Shown piece by piece: positions 1 through 9,790 of a stretch of DNA of 43,061 bases. A model generated the notes under the pieces. That model saw only the letters and a list, made by a program, of their open reading frames with translations, did not search any database and was not told the DNA's origin. Each line of letters starts with the position of its first letter. Within the stretch, counting starts at the first letter, position 1. Origin of the DNA: Limnochordales bacterium (GTDB taxonomy: Bacteria > Bacillota > Limnochordia > Limnochordales > ZCTH02-B6); assembly GCA_036562195.1 (NCBI GenBank), contig DATCKT010000160.1, positions 1 to 43,061 of the forward strand, in the 5' to 3' direction. A program made the position numbers and the translations under genes.

Positions 1-660
1 GTCTTCGGAGCTGTAGTAGGCGCTTTCCAGAAACACGCGCCGGTCCTCAAGCACTTTGAGCAGCTTGTTCATCTGGATGGGGTGCAGCTCACCGATCTCG
101 TCGATGAACAGGATGCCGCCGTGGGCCTTGGTCACCGCACCCGGCTTCGGCTGGGGGATGCCCGCCTGCCCCAAGGGGCCTGCGCCCTGGTAGATGGGGT
201 CGTGCACCGAGCCCAAAAGCGGGTCGGCAATGCCCCGGTCGTCGAAGCGGGCGGTGGTGGCGTCGACCTCCACGAATTGCGCGTCCGGCTTGAAGGGCGA
301 CAGCGGGTTGCGCTTGGCCTCTTCCAACACCACCCGGGCAGCCGCCGTTTTGCCGACGCCGGGTGGGCCGTAGATGATGACGTGCTGGGGATTGGGACCG
401 CACAGCGCCGCCCGCAGGGCCTTAAGCCCTTCTTCCTGCCCGATGATGTCATGGAAGGACGCCGGCCGCGTTTTCTCCGCCAAGGGCTCTGTTAAGGAGA
501 TCTGCTTGAGGCGGTTGAGCTTCTCCAGCTCCTTGCGGGACTCCCGGTCCACCGCCGCCCGGCTCGTGTGCTGCGCCCGCAGCAGGTTCAGGAAGTACAG
601 GCCGATGACGATCGCAAAAAAGAAGTTAATCAGCCCAAACAGGCCCATCATGTCCATCAT
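1..660 (-). CDS. lonB: ATP-dependent protease LonB, N-terminal part (gene runs off the window start)
   Basis: Absent from the ORF track because it is truncated by the window edge. Reverse translation from ATG 660 gives MMDMMGLFGLINFFFAIVIGLYFLNLL...IIGQEEGLKALRAALCGPNPQHVIIYGPPGVGKTAAARVVLEEAK...GGILFIDEIGELHPIQMNKLLKVLEDRRVFL. This is an N-terminal TM helix plus AAA+ Walker A/B, collinear with Bacillus LonB as I recall it. GGGAGGG RBS about 10 nt upstream. Confidence 0.85.
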   Translation of the reverse strand, partial: MMDMMGLFGLINFFFAIVIGLYFLNLLRAQHTSRAAVDRESRKELEKLNRLKQISLTEPLAEKTRPASFHDIIGQEEGLKALRAALCGPNPQHVIIYGPPGVGKTAAARVVLEEAKRNPLSPFKPDAQFVEVDATTARFDDRGIADPLLGSVHDPIYQGAGPLGQAGIPQPKPGAVTKAHGGILFIDEIGELHPIQMNKLLKVLEDRRVFLESAYYSSED

Positions 661-720
661 CGGTACGCGTCCCTCCCGCCCCGGCCACAGGTAGTATGCC
701 CGGCGCGAGCTTGCGGCAAT

Positions 721-752
721 CAAAAAAGCCGGAAACGCTGGGGCTTCCGGCT
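721..752 (-). terminator. Rho-independent terminator downstream of clpX
   Basis: On the minus strand: AGCCGGAA-10 nt loop-TTCCGGCT followed by TTTTTTG. It lies about 155 nt after the clpX stop. Confidence 0.7.
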
Positions 753-907
753 TCCTGACTCGGCTTTCGCCGCTTGGGTGACGCCGCCGTCTCGGCCTTG
801 CACTTGCCTGCGCTGGGTAAGACGCCCGCCGCTGCCTCACGGGCGCGCCGCCGCGGCACGGCCCGGATGCGGCGGAGAACGTTTACACAAGGCGGAGAAA
901 CCCGCTC

Positions 908-2170
908 TTAGGCGCTCTCCTCCTTCTTTTTGGCCTTCCGCTCCACCCGGACCAGCGTGGGCGGCTTGCCCTCCAGCACGCAGTCGGCGTCGATGATGCA
1001 CTTGTGCACGTCGTCCCGGGATGGGATCTCGTACATGACGTCCAAGAGCAGCCCTTCGACGATGGACCGCAGGCCCCGGGCGCCCGTCTTGCGCTCCATG
1101 GCCTTCTTGGCGATGGCCCGCAGGGCATCGGGGGTGAATTCCAGCTCCACGCCGTCCATCTCGAAGAATTTCTGGAACTGCTTGACCAGCGCGTTGCGGG
1201 GCTCGATCAGGATGCGTACCAGGGCGTCCTCGTCCAAGGCATCCAGCGCCACGATCACCGGCAAACGCCCGATGAACTCCGGGATGAGCCCGTACTTCAG
1301 CAAGTCCTCGGGCATGATCTGCCGCAGCAAATCGCCGATGGGTTTCTCCTCGCGGGTCTTGATGTCCGCACCGAACCCGATGCCCTTCTGGCCGATGCGC
1401 CGCTCGATAATCTTCTCCAGCCCGTCGAAGGCGCCGCCGCAGATGAAGAGGATGTTGGACGTGTCGATCTGGATGAACTCCTGGTGCGGGTGCTTGCGCC
1501 CGCCCTGGGGCGGCACGCTGGCCACAGTGCCCTCCAGGATCTTGAGCAGCGCCTGCTGCACGCCTTCGCCCGACACGTCTCGGGTGATGGACGGGTTCTC
1601 CGACTTGCGGGCGATCTTGTCCACCTCGTCGATGTAGATGATGCCCTTCTCGGCCTTCTCCACATCGTAGTCGGCGGCCTGGATGAGCTTGAGCAGAATG
1701 TTCTCCACGTCTTCGCCCACGTAGCCGGCTTCCGTCAAGGACGTGGCGTCCGCGATGGCGAACGGCACGTTGAGGATGCGCGCGAGCGTCTGGGCCAGCA
1801 GCGTTTTGCCCGAGCCGGTGGGCCCCAAGAGCAGGATGTTGCTCTTCTGCAGCTCCACGTCGTCGGAGCGCACGCCCGAGTTAATGCGCTTGTAGTGGTT
1901 GTAGACGGCCACCGACAGCGCTTTCTTGGCCTGCTCCTGGCCCACCACGTACTGGTCCAGGATCTCCTTGATTTCCTTGGGCCGGGGCACGTTGCCCAGT
2001 TCGACGTCAACGTCTTCGTGCAGCTCTTCTTCGATGATCTCGTTGCAGAGCTCGATGCACTCGTCGCAGATGTAGACCCCGGGTCCGGCGATCAGCTTCT
2101 TGACCTGCTCCTGCGCTTTGCCGCAGAAGGAACACTTCAGCTGGCCCTTCTCGTCGCCGAACTTGAACAT
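908..2170 (-). CDS. clpX: ATP-dependent Clp protease ATP-binding subunit ClpX
   Basis: Track ORF. Zinc finger CSFCGK...CDEC, Walker A GPTGSGKT, full-length ClpX-like sequence. Starts 4 nt after the clpP stop. Confidence 0.97.
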   Translation of the reverse strand: MFKFGDEKGQLKCSFCGKAQEQVKKLIAGPGVYICDECIELCNEIIEEELHEDVDVELGNVPRPKEIKEILDQYVVGQEQAKKALSVAVYNHYKRINSGVRSDDVELQKSNILLLGPTGSGKTLLAQTLARILNVPFAIADATSLTEAGYVGEDVENILLKLIQAADYDVEKAEKGIIYIDEVDKIARKSENPSITRDVSGEGVQQALLKILEGTVASVPPQGGRKHPHQEFIQIDTSNILFICGGAFDGLEKIIERRIGQKGIGFGADIKTREEKPIGDLLRQIMPEDLLKYGLIPEFIGRLPVIVALDALDEDALVRILIEPRNALVKQFQKFFEMDGVELEFTPDALRAIAKKAMERKTGARGLRSIVEGLLLDVMYEIPSRDDVHKCIIDADCVLEGKPPTLVRVERKAKKKEESA

Positions 2171-2174
2171 CGTA

Positions 2175-2783
2175 TCACCTCGTGGTATTGGCCGGCTTGG
2201 CTCGCTCCCGCAGCACGCCGTCGATGATGCCGTACTCCAGGGCCTCCTCCGACGACATGTAGAAGTTGCGATCGGTGTCCCGCTCGATCCGCTCCAAGGG
2301 CTGGCCGGTATGCTTGGACAGGATCTCGTTGAGGGTGTGCTTGATGCGCAGGATCTCCCGCGCCTCGATCTCGATCTCGGTGGCCTGTCCGCGCGCCCCG
2401 CCCAGCGGCTGGTGGATCATGATCCGCGAGTACGGTAGCGCAAACCGCTTGCCCTTGGCCCCGGCCGAAAGCAACAACGCGGCCATGCTGGCCGCCATGC
2501 CGACGCAGATGGTGGACACCGCAGGCCGGATGTACTGTATGGTGTCGTAGATGGCCAGTCCCGAGTAGACGATGCCGCCGGGGCTGTTGATATACAGATG
2601 GATGTCCTTTTCCGGGTCCTCCGATTCCAGGAACAGCAGCTGCGCGATGACCAAGTTGGCCACGTGGTCGTCGATGGGCCCGCCGATAAAGACGATCCGG
2701 TCCTTGAGCAGGCGCGAATAGATATCGTAGGCCCGCTCGCCCCGGTTGGTCTGCTCCACCACCATCGGCACCAGCACGCTCAT
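2175..2783 (-). CDS. clpP: ATP-dependent Clp protease proteolytic subunit ClpP
   Basis: Track ORF 2175..2810 trimmed to ATG 2783. [26 protein letters not shown] matches the ClpP N-terminus and an AAGGTGAGG RBS precedes it. Ser in GMAASMAA, His in MIHQP. Confidence 0.95.
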   Translation of the reverse strand: MSVLVPMVVEQTNRGERAYDIYSRLLKDRIVFIGGPIDDHVANLVIAQLLFLESEDPEKDIHLYINSPGGIVYSGLAIYDTIQYIRPAVSTICVGMAASMAALLLSAGAKGKRFALPYSRIMIHQPLGGARGQATEIEIEAREILRIKHTLNEILSKHTGQPLERIERDTDRNFYMSSEEALEYGIIDGVLRERAKPANTTR

Positions 2784-2820
2784 GGACGTCCTCACCTTCC
2801 CTGGCCCCAATATATGCTTG

Positions 2821-2883
2821 GGGACACGGCCCGCTGTACGGCGGCTGCGCCTTGCATTGTTCCCCTCGCGTCGGCCGTGTCCC
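2821..2883 (-). other. Long stem-loop between tig and clpP (11-bp perfect inverted repeat)
   Basis: GGGACACGGCC (2821-2831) and GGCCGTGTCCC (2873-2883) are separated by 41 nt. No U-tract follows on the minus strand. Confidence 0.4.
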
Positions 2884-2908
2884 TTGGTAAATTTTCGTGC
2901 CGTTCGGC

Positions 2909-4426
2909 TTACTCCGGCCGCGGCGCCGATTCCTGCTTGGCCTGCCCGGAGTCCTCGGCTCCGGCCCGCCTCGCTTCGCCCTCCGCCTGGCCGCTGGCCG
3001 CAACCGGCGCGGCGGTGGCCGCGGTCGCCGCCTCGGTCGCCTCCGCCGCGGGCGCCCCGTCGGCCCCGCCGGCTGCGCCGCCGGTTTCAGTCGCGTCGCC
3101 CGCCTGAGCGGTTTCCGCGGCCGGCTCGTACTCGGTCACCGTCACCTGGGCGTGCTGCACCAGGAAATCCATGGCCTTGGCCCGGCGCAGGCTGTCCCTG
3201 ACGGCCAATCGGTTGTCCTCATTCCGGATCCGCTCTTCTCGCTCCTTGGTATCCTGCACCGAGGCGAACAACTCCTGCAAACGGGCGTCGATCTCTTCCT
3301 CGGTGGGCTCCAGCCCCTCCGCCTTGGCGATGGCCTCCAGCACCAGCTCCGCCTTGACCCTCTGGGCGGCGCTGGGACGCAGCCGTTCCTCCAGGTCCGC
3401 CTCGGTCTGCTGGGTGAGCTCCAGGTACCGCTCCAAGGTGAGGCCGTTCTGCCATAGATTTAAGACGAACTCGTCCCGCAGGCGGTTCAACTCCTGGTCC
3501 ACCATGACCGGCGGCAGCTCCACCTCGGAATTGGCCACGGCCTGCTCCATGAGGGCATCCCGCATGGCCACTTCGGCCGCCCGCTCCTCGGCTTCCTCCA
3601 GCCGCCGGCGCCGGTCGGCTCGCAAGTCGGCGATGGTTTCAAACTCGCCCACGTCCTTGGCGAACTCGTCGTCGGCCTCAGGCACCCGCCGCTGCTTGAT
3701 TTCGTGCAAATGGACACGGAACTTGGCCGTCTTGCCCGCCAGGTCTTCGCGGGCTTCCGGCGGAAACGTCAGTTCAAACTCGCGGTCTTCGCCGGGGGCC
3801 ATGCCCACCAGCTGCTCGCTGAAAGCCGGCAGCACCCCGTCGGCGCCCACACGGATGATCTCGCCCTTGGCGGCGCCGCCGCGGAACGGTTTCCCATCGA
3901 TGAGGCCTTCGAAGTCAACGACGGCGTAGTCGCCCGGCTCAAGGCGCTCCTTCTCCGCTTTGACCAGCTCGGCAAACTGCTCCCGCAACGCGTCTATGAC
4001 GCGGTCCACGTCTTTCTCGGTCACCTTGCGGATGCGCTTCTCCACCGCGAGGCCCCGGTATTGGCCCAGCTTGACCTCGGGTTTGACATCGACCTCCGCC
4101 TTGAACTTGAGCGGCTTGCCCGCGCCGTAGTCGATGATGTCGATCTTGGCCTGGGCGACGGGCTCAAGACTGGTCTGCCGGACCGCTTCCCGGTAAGCCT
4201 GGGGGATGAGTTCATCGACGGCTTCCAAGTATAGGGCGTCCTTGCCCAGATGCATCTCCACGACGGGGCGCGGCGCTTTGCCCGGACGGAAACCCGGGAT
4301 GCGTACCTGGCGGGCCAGGCGGCGGTACACGCTGTCGACGGCGCGCTCCACCCGCTCCGGCTCCACTTCCACTTCCAGCACGACCCGGGATGGGTGTCCG
4401 GGCAACCGCTCCACACGGGTGTTCAT
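2909..4426 (-). CDS. tig: Trigger factor (ribosome-associated chaperone/PPIase) with an Ala/Glu-rich C-terminal tail
   Basis: Track ORF. The N-terminal ribosome-binding signature [10 protein letters not shown] and the overall trigger-factor layout are present. About 75 extra low-complexity residues at the C-terminus. Confidence 0.93.
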   Translation of the reverse strand: MNTRVERLPGHPSRVVLEVEVEPERVERAVDSVYRRLARQVRIPGFRPGKAPRPVVEMHLGKDALYLEAVDELIPQAYREAVRQTSLEPVAQAKIDIIDYGAGKPLKFKAEVDVKPEVKLGQYRGLAVEKRIRKVTEKDVDRVIDALREQFAELVKAEKERLEPGDYAVVDFEGLIDGKPFRGGAAKGEIIRVGADGVLPAFSEQLVGMAPGEDREFELTFPPEAREDLAGKTAKFRVHLHEIKQRRVPEADDEFAKDVGEFETIADLRADRRRRLEEAEERAAEVAMRDALMEQAVANSEVELPPVMVDQELNRLRDEFVLNLWQNGLTLERYLELTQQTEADLEERLRPSAAQRVKAELVLEAIAKAEGLEPTEEEIDARLQELFASVQDTKEREERIRNEDNRLAVRDSLRRAKAMDFLVQHAQVTVTEYEPAAETAQAGDATETGGAAGGADGAPAAEATEAATAATAAPVAASGQAEGEARRAGAEDSGQAKQESAPRPE

Positions 4427-4504
4427 GCAACGTCCTCCCCGGCTGTGACCTCACGGCGAGTATTCTGTCCAATGCTGGGCAGAGCTGGTGGGCCTGCCCA
4501 TGAA

Positions 4505-4533
4505 ATTATCCCTTAGGCGGATCCTGCTGTCAA
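4505..4533 (-). promoter_or_regulatory. Consensus sigma-A-type promoter for tig
   Basis: Minus strand reads TTGACA-17 nt-GATAAT (-35 at 4533-4528, -10 at 4510-4505), about 75 nt upstream of the tig start. Confidence 0.6.
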
Positions 4534-4577
4534 CAAAAGAAAACAGGGGCGGACCGTGTGCGCACGCCGCCGCCTGT
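4534..4577 (-). terminator. Terminator-like hairpin after tRNA-Leu
   Basis: Imperfect GC-rich hairpin (ACAGG..CGTGCGCACACG..CCTGT) followed by TTTTCTTTTG on the minus strand. Confidence 0.5.
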
Positions 4578-4583
4578 CGCGCT

Positions 4584-4668
4584 TGGTGCGAGAGGGGGGA
4601 CTCGAACCCCCACGCCATAGGGCACCAGATCCTAAGTCTGGCGCGTCTGCCAGTTCCGCCACTCTCGC
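4584..4668 (-). tRNA. tRNA-Leu (anticodon UAG), CCA encoded
   Basis: Reverse complement: GCGAGAGTGGCGGAACTGGCAGACGCGCCAGACTTAGGATCTGGTGCCCTATGGCGTGGGGGTTCGAGTCCCCCCTCTCGCACCA. Cloverleaf with long variable arm; anticodon loop CTTAGGA. Confidence 0.9.
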
Positions 4669-4679
4669 CGGCTGACTCC

Positions 4680-4709
4680 AGTATAGCCAACGGGGGACGC
4701 ACCGATCAA
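4680..4709 (-). promoter_or_regulatory. Candidate promoter for tRNA-Leu
   Basis: Minus strand TTGATC-18 nt-TATACT, ending about 11 nt before the tRNA 5' end. Confidence 0.45.
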
Positions 4710-4785
4710 CCCGCTGGCCGTCGTGCCCTGCGCGGCCTCTTCGCCCCGCATGGGCCGCGCGGTGAACCCGGGCGGCGTTCCCGCC

Positions 4786-4820
4786 TATAAGAAGCAACAA
4801 GCCCCGCGCGCTCGCGGGGC
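4786..4820 (-). terminator. Terminator after tRNA-Lys
   Basis: GCCCCGCG-CGCT-CGCGGGGC hairpin (4801-4820) followed on the minus strand by TTGTTGCTTCTTATA. Confidence 0.5.
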
Positions 4821-4827
4821 CGGCCAA

Positions 4828-4902
4828 TGGTGTGCCCGGTGGGATTCGAACCCACAACCCAGGGATTAAAAGTCCCTTGCGCTACCGTTGCGCCACGGGC
4901 AC
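4828..4902 (-). tRNA. tRNA-Lys (anticodon UUU), CCA encoded
   Basis: Reverse complement: GTGCCCGTGGCGCAACGGTAGCGCAAGGGACTTTTAATCCCTGGGTTGTGGGTTCGAATCCCACCGGGCACACCA. Anticodon stem-loop AGGGA-CTTTTAA-TCCCT. Confidence 0.9.
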
Positions 4903-4909
4903 GTTTAAT

Positions 4910-4938
4910 ATTGTACCGCGCGCCCGGGCGCCCGTCAA
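4910..4938 (-). promoter_or_regulatory. Candidate promoter for tRNA-Lys
   Basis: Minus strand TTGACG-17 nt-TACAAT, ending 7 nt before the tRNA 5' end. Confidence 0.5.
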
Positions 4939-4989
4939 ACGCCTGGCCTCGCACGAACGTGACGCCAAGGAAAGCGTGAGGTGCTGCAC

Positions 4990-5790
4990 CTATGTCGCGC
5001 GACCCCGGCGGAACCGGAAGATTTCCGTCACGTACCCCCACGCGGCGGCGGCTAGCGCCAAGAGGACTTCCCCTTGCGCGATGCGCGCCCGCACGGATAC
5101 CCGACCCGTGAAGCCCGTGGCGGTGAAGGACGGAGTCAGCTGGGCCCGCGGCGGCTGGAGGAGCTGAACCCGCTGCGCCAGCCAAGCCGTGCCAAAGCCG
5201 ACCGCCGCCCAGCCGCAGCCGCACGCCACGGCGGTGGCCGCCGCGTCGCCCATCCCGACCCGCAGCGCCAGGTCGAGCTCCTCCACTTGAAGATGAGGCC
5301 AGAACCGCCGCCCGCCGGCGGCGGCCGCGGTGCGGAGGGCTCCTAGAGAAACCCTAGGGGCGGCGCGCGCCCCGCCCGGCGGCGCAGGCGGCTGCTGCTC
5401 ATCGGACCCGGGCCGGACATCCAAACGTTTCTCAATCACCTGGGACACGATCTCCTCGCTCAGAAGCCACAAGAGGGCGTCGCGCAAGGCGGATCCGACG
5501 ACGACGCGCCGGACGCGCACCACGTGCAGGAAGCGCATTTCGGCTGTACCCGAGAAGGCGGCCGAGTCCCATCCCATGGCAACCCGCAGCCGGCCGGCCA
5601 TAACGGCCGCCTCCAGTTCGCCCCGCGCTCCGGGCCCCACGGCCAGGGAGAACCGCAGGACCACGGGCCAGCGATAGGCCACCCAAAGGCCGAGCACGGC
5701 CAACGCCAACGCGAGCCACCACAACGGCACTTCCCCCGCTTGCCAGCGTTGCCATCTCCGGGGAATGCTATGCCGCGGGTCTCGCGACAC
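4990..5790 (-). CDS. Membrane protein, DUF2953 / sporulation protein YtfI-like
   Basis: Track ORF with GTG start. N-terminal TM helix (LWWLALALAVLGLWVAY). The central VGMGDAAATAVACGCGWAAVG block resembles the IGVGDAASTG..GVAWS block of B. subtilis YtfI as I recall it. Confidence 0.55.
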   Translation of the reverse strand: MSRDPRHSIPRRWQRWQAGEVPLWWLALALAVLGLWVAYRWPVVLRFSLAVGPGARGELEAAVMAGRLRVAMGWDSAAFSGTAEMRFLHVVRVRRVVVGSALRDALLWLLSEEIVSQVIEKRLDVRPGSDEQQPPAPPGGARAAPRVSLGALRTAAAAGGRRFWPHLQVEELDLALRVGMGDAAATAVACGCGWAAVGFGTAWLAQRVQLLQPPRAQLTPSFTATGFTGRVSVRARIAQGEVLLALAAAAWGYVTEIFRFRRGRAT

Positions 5791-5811
5791 GCGTTGGCCC
5801 CCAAGCGCGAC

Positions 5812-5841
5812 AAGTCCCCGGAGTCACGGCTCCGGGGACTT
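5812..5841 (-). terminator. 12-bp hairpin after the tRNA-Pro/Gly/Arg/His cluster
   Basis: AAGTCCCCGGAG-6 nt-CTCCGGGGACTT. No clear U-tract. Confidence 0.45.
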
Positions 5842-5851
5842 GTATCAATGG

Positions 5852-5929
5852 TGGGGTGAGTGATGGGACTTGAACCCACGACCTCCAGGGCCACAACCTG
5901 GCGCTCTGACCAGCTGAGCTACACCCACC
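5852..5929 (-). tRNA. tRNA-His (anticodon GUG) with encoded G-1 and CCA
   Basis: Reverse complement: G-GTGGGTGTAGCTCAGCTGGTCAGAGCGCCAGGTTGTGGCCCTGGAGGTCGTGGGTTCAAGTCCCATCACTCACCCCA. Anticodon loop TTGTGGC; the extra 5' G pairs with C73. Confidence 0.88.
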
Positions 5930-5940
5930 ACGCGCATCCC

Positions 5941-6017
5941 TGGCGCGCCCGGCAGGATTCGAACCCGCGACCCGCTGCTTAGAAGGCAGCTGCTCTGTCC
6001 AACTGAGCTACGGGCGC
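5941..6017 (-). tRNA. tRNA-Arg (anticodon UCU), CCA encoded
   Basis: Reverse complement: GCGCCCGTAGCTCAGTTGGACAGAGCAGCTGCCTTCTAAGCAGCGGGTCGCGGGTTCGAATCCTGCCGGGCGCGCCA. Anticodon loop CTTCTAA. Confidence 0.9.
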
Positions 6018-6022
6018 AAAAC

Positions 6023-6099
6023 TGGAGCGGGCGACGGGACTCCAACCCGCGACCCCCGGCTTGGAAGGCCGGTGCTCTAGGCAACTGAGCTACGCCCGC
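6023..6099 (-). tRNA. tRNA-Gly (anticodon UCC), CCA encoded
   Basis: Reverse complement: GCGGGCGTAGCTCAGTTGCCTAGAGCACCGGCCTTCCAAGCCGGGGGTCGCGGGTTGGAGTCCCGTCGCCCGCTCCA. Anticodon loop CTTCCAA. Confidence 0.88.
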
Positions 6100-6146
6100 T
6101 CGGCAACGACCATTATATCGCACCGAAACGGCTGTACGCAAGTCAT

Positions 6147-6224
6147 TGGTCGGGGAGAGCGGATTTGAACCGCCGACCTCGTGCTCCCAAGGCACGCGCG
6201 CTGACCAAGCTGCGCCACTCCCCG
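6147..6224 (-). tRNA. tRNA-Pro (anticodon UGG), CCA encoded
   Basis: Reverse complement: CGGGGAGTGGCGCAGCTTGGTCAGCGCGCGTGCCTTGGGAGCACGAGGTCGGCGGTTCAAATCCGCTCTCCCCGACCA. Anticodon loop CTTGGGA. Confidence 0.9.
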
Positions 6225-6235
6225 ACGCGCTTCCC

Positions 6236-6263
6236 ATTATAGCACACTCTGGGCCTCAGGCAA
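6236..6263 (-). promoter_or_regulatory. Candidate extended -10 promoter for the tRNA-Pro/Gly/Arg/His operon, overlapping the rdgB stop codon
   Basis: Minus strand TTGCCT-16 nt-(TGc)TATAAT. The TATAAT contains the rdgB TAA stop. The tRNA-Pro 5' end is 11 nt downstream. Confidence 0.5.
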
Positions 6264-6857
6264 TCGCCACAGGCGCATCAGGCGCTGCCGGGCCAAGGCC
6301 AGGGCCCGCGCCCGGTGGCTGATGCGGTTCTTTTCTTCCGGCGCGAGCTCCGCGAAGGTCTGGCCCACCTCCGGTACGAGGAACAGCGGATCGTAGCCAA
6401 ACCCGCCCTCGCCCCGGGGACCGTCCGTGATGACGCCTTCGCAGACGCCCTCGTCCACCCACGTCTCCCCCTCGGGGCTGGCAATGGCGATCGCGCAGCG
6501 AAACCGGGCGTGCCGCCGGGCCGGCGGTACGCCCTGGAGCAGCTTCAAAAGCAGCTCGTTGTTGGCCGCGTCCGTGGCACCAGGACCGGCAAAGCGGGCC
6601 GACCACACGCCCGGCCGGCCGTCCAGGGCGTCCACTTCGAGCCCCGAGTCGTCGGCCACCGCCCAGTGGCCCGTGTGCCGGGCGGCCGCGATGGCCTTCA
6701 GGCGCGCGTTCTCGGCAAAGGTGGCGCCGGTCTCCTCCACCTCCGGCGCGTCGGGGAACGCGCCCAAGTCCACCACCTGGATGGGCAAGTCCGCGAGCAG
6801 CGCGGCCAGTTCCTTGAGCTTTTTCTTATTGCGGGTAGCCACGACCAGCGTCCGCAC
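6237..6857 (-). CDS. rdgB: Non-canonical purine NTP pyrophosphatase (RdgB/HAM1 family)
   Basis: Track ORF 6237..6977 trimmed to GTG 6857, which has a GGAGGAGG RBS 5 nt upstream. Motifs [12 protein letters not shown] and FGYDPLF. Overlaps the rph 3' end by 32 nt. Confidence 0.9.
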   Translation of the reverse strand: MRTLVVATRNKKKLKELAALLADLPIQVVDLGAFPDAPEVEETGATFAENARLKAIAAARHTGHWAVADDSGLEVDALDGRPGVWSARFAGPGATDAANNELLLKLLQGVPPARRHARFRCAIAIASPEGETWVDEGVCEGVITDGPRGEGGFGYDPLFLVPEVGQTFAELAPEEKNRISHRARALALARQRLMRLWRLPEAQSVL

Positions 6858-7605
6858 GCCGTCCTCCTCCAATCCGGGCGGCCAGCTCCTCGCCCAGCGC
6901 CTCCCGCTGGATGCGCACCAGCTGCTCGATCCCGGCGGCCGCGAGGTCCAGCAGTTCGCTGAGCGTGGCCCGGTCAAAGGGAGCGCCCTCCGCCGTACCC
7001 TGCACTTCCACGAGGCGCCCGCTGCCCGTCATGACCACGTTCATGTCCACCTCGGCCTCCACGTCCTCGGCGTACGCCAGATCCAGCAGGCAGCGGCCCC
7101 CCACCACGCCCACGCTGGTGGCGGCCACAAAGTCGCTGACGGGCAGGGGCGCGTGGGGCTTGTCCGCGCACAGCCGCGCGAGGCTCTCCACCAAGGCCAC
7201 GTACGCCCCGGTGATGGCCGCGGTGCGGGTGCCCCCGTCGGCTTGGAGCACGTCGCAGTCCAGGGTGATGGTGCGCTCGCCCAAGCGGGACAAGTCCACC
7301 ACCGAGCGCAGCGCCCGCCCGATCAGGCGTTGAATCTCCAACGTCCGGCCTCCTTGCCGGCCTGCCGTGGCCTCCCGCGGCGTGCGCTCCAGGGTGGCGC
7401 GGGGCAGCATGCCGTATTCGGCCGTCACCCAGCCGAGGCCGCTTCCCCGGCGCCAGGCCGGCACCCGCTCCTCCACCGTGGCGGTGCACAGGACGCGGGT
7501 ATCCCCCAGCTCAATGAGGACCGCTCCCTCGGCGTACTTGTTGACATGCCTGCGGATCGTCACCGGCCGCAGCTGGTCCGGACGGCGTCCGTCCTGCCGC
7601 GTCAA
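6826..7605 (-). CDS. rph: Ribonuclease PH
   Basis: Track ORF. TTG start with a GAAGGAGG RBS 9 nt upstream. RNase PH-like throughout (RPDQLRPV...[17 protein letters not shown]...[19 protein letters not shown]). Confidence 0.95.
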   Translation of the reverse strand: MTRQDGRRPDQLRPVTIRRHVNKYAEGAVLIELGDTRVLCTATVEERVPAWRRGSGLGWVTAEYGMLPRATLERTPREATAGRQGGRTLEIQRLIGRALRSVVDLSRLGERTITLDCDVLQADGGTRTAAITGAYVALVESLARLCADKPHAPLPVSDFVAATSVGVVGGRCLLDLAYAEDVEAEVDMNVVMTGSGRLVEVQGTAEGAPFDRATLSELLDLAAAGIEQLVRIQREALGEELAARIGGGRRADAGRGYPQ

Positions 7606-7627
7606 ACGGCCTCGCCTCCTTCCCCGC

Positions 7628-7654
7628 CGGTCCTGGACTGCCCGTCCGGGACCG
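7628..7654 (-). other. 11-bp intercistronic stem-loop between murD and rph
   Basis: CGGTCCTGGAC-TGCCC-GTCCGGGACCG (one G-U pair). No U-tract. It sits immediately upstream of the rph RBS. Confidence 0.4.
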
Positions 7655-7659
7655 CACCC

Positions 7660-9201
<1,542 letters not shown>

Positions 9202-9225
9202 CCACGGCGGGGACCGCCGCCCGCC

Positions 9226-9750
9226 CTAAGGCGAGGCGACGAAGCGCTCGTCGGGCAGGAGCGGCTCCGACAGGTCCAGATGACCCACGAGGCTGTCGAT
9301 CTCCGCTCCCTCCAAAAGCAACTGGACGGCGTCGATGGAGGGCAGCTGCGTCAGGGTGGCCACGATGGAGTACACCGTCAAGATCTCTCCCGTGCTGCCG
9401 CCGGGATGGTTGGTGCGCAGCTCCCGGCTGTAGTTCACGTACGCCACCCCGTCGTGCACGACCACCGCCAGCGGTCGCGCTCCCGCAGGGATGGTTGGCC
9501 GCAGATCCGGCCTGCGCGGACCCCGGCCCAGCTCGTCCAGGAGGCGCAGCGGGTTCAACTCGGCGGCTGGCAAGGAGCGTTCCTCCGGCACCAAGTACTG
9601 GGCGTCGGCGTCGCTGAAGTAAACCCGGACGGTGACCCGCGGCGCCAGCACCGCATCGAAGGCGGGTTGGCGCCGCAGTCCCCACCAGCCGGCCGCGATC
9701 AGGCCGGTCAAAAGCAACAGCACTATGCCCCGGCGCCACAGCCTGTCCAC
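9226..9750 (-). CDS. GerM (Germane) domain membrane protein
   Basis: Track ORF. GTG start with an AGGAGG RBS 8 nt upstream. N-terminal TM helix followed by one GerM-like domain (VRVYFSD...LLDELGRGP...VAYVNYSREL...VYSIVATLTQLPSIDAVQLLLEG). Matches the gerM-rph-rdgB synteny of Bacillus. Confidence 0.75.
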   Translation of the reverse strand: MDRLWRRGIVLLLLTGLIAAGWWGLRRQPAFDAVLAPRVTVRVYFSDADAQYLVPEERSLPAAELNPLRLLDELGRGPRRPDLRPTIPAGARPLAVVVHDGVAYVNYSRELRTNHPGGSTGEILTVYSIVATLTQLPSIDAVQLLLEGAEIDSLVGHLDLSEPLLPDERFVASP

Positions 9751-9790
9751 CCTGGTCGCCTCCTACATCGCCCGTGCGACGCTTCCCCGA

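Noticed and set aside
753-907. 155-nt clpX 3' UTR and track ORF 626..859 (77 aa) as a small gene or sRNA
   Set aside because: The ORF runs through the clpX terminator hairpin and the lonB RBS region and has shadow-like composition. I could not identify an independent promoter or structure, so the region is left unassigned.
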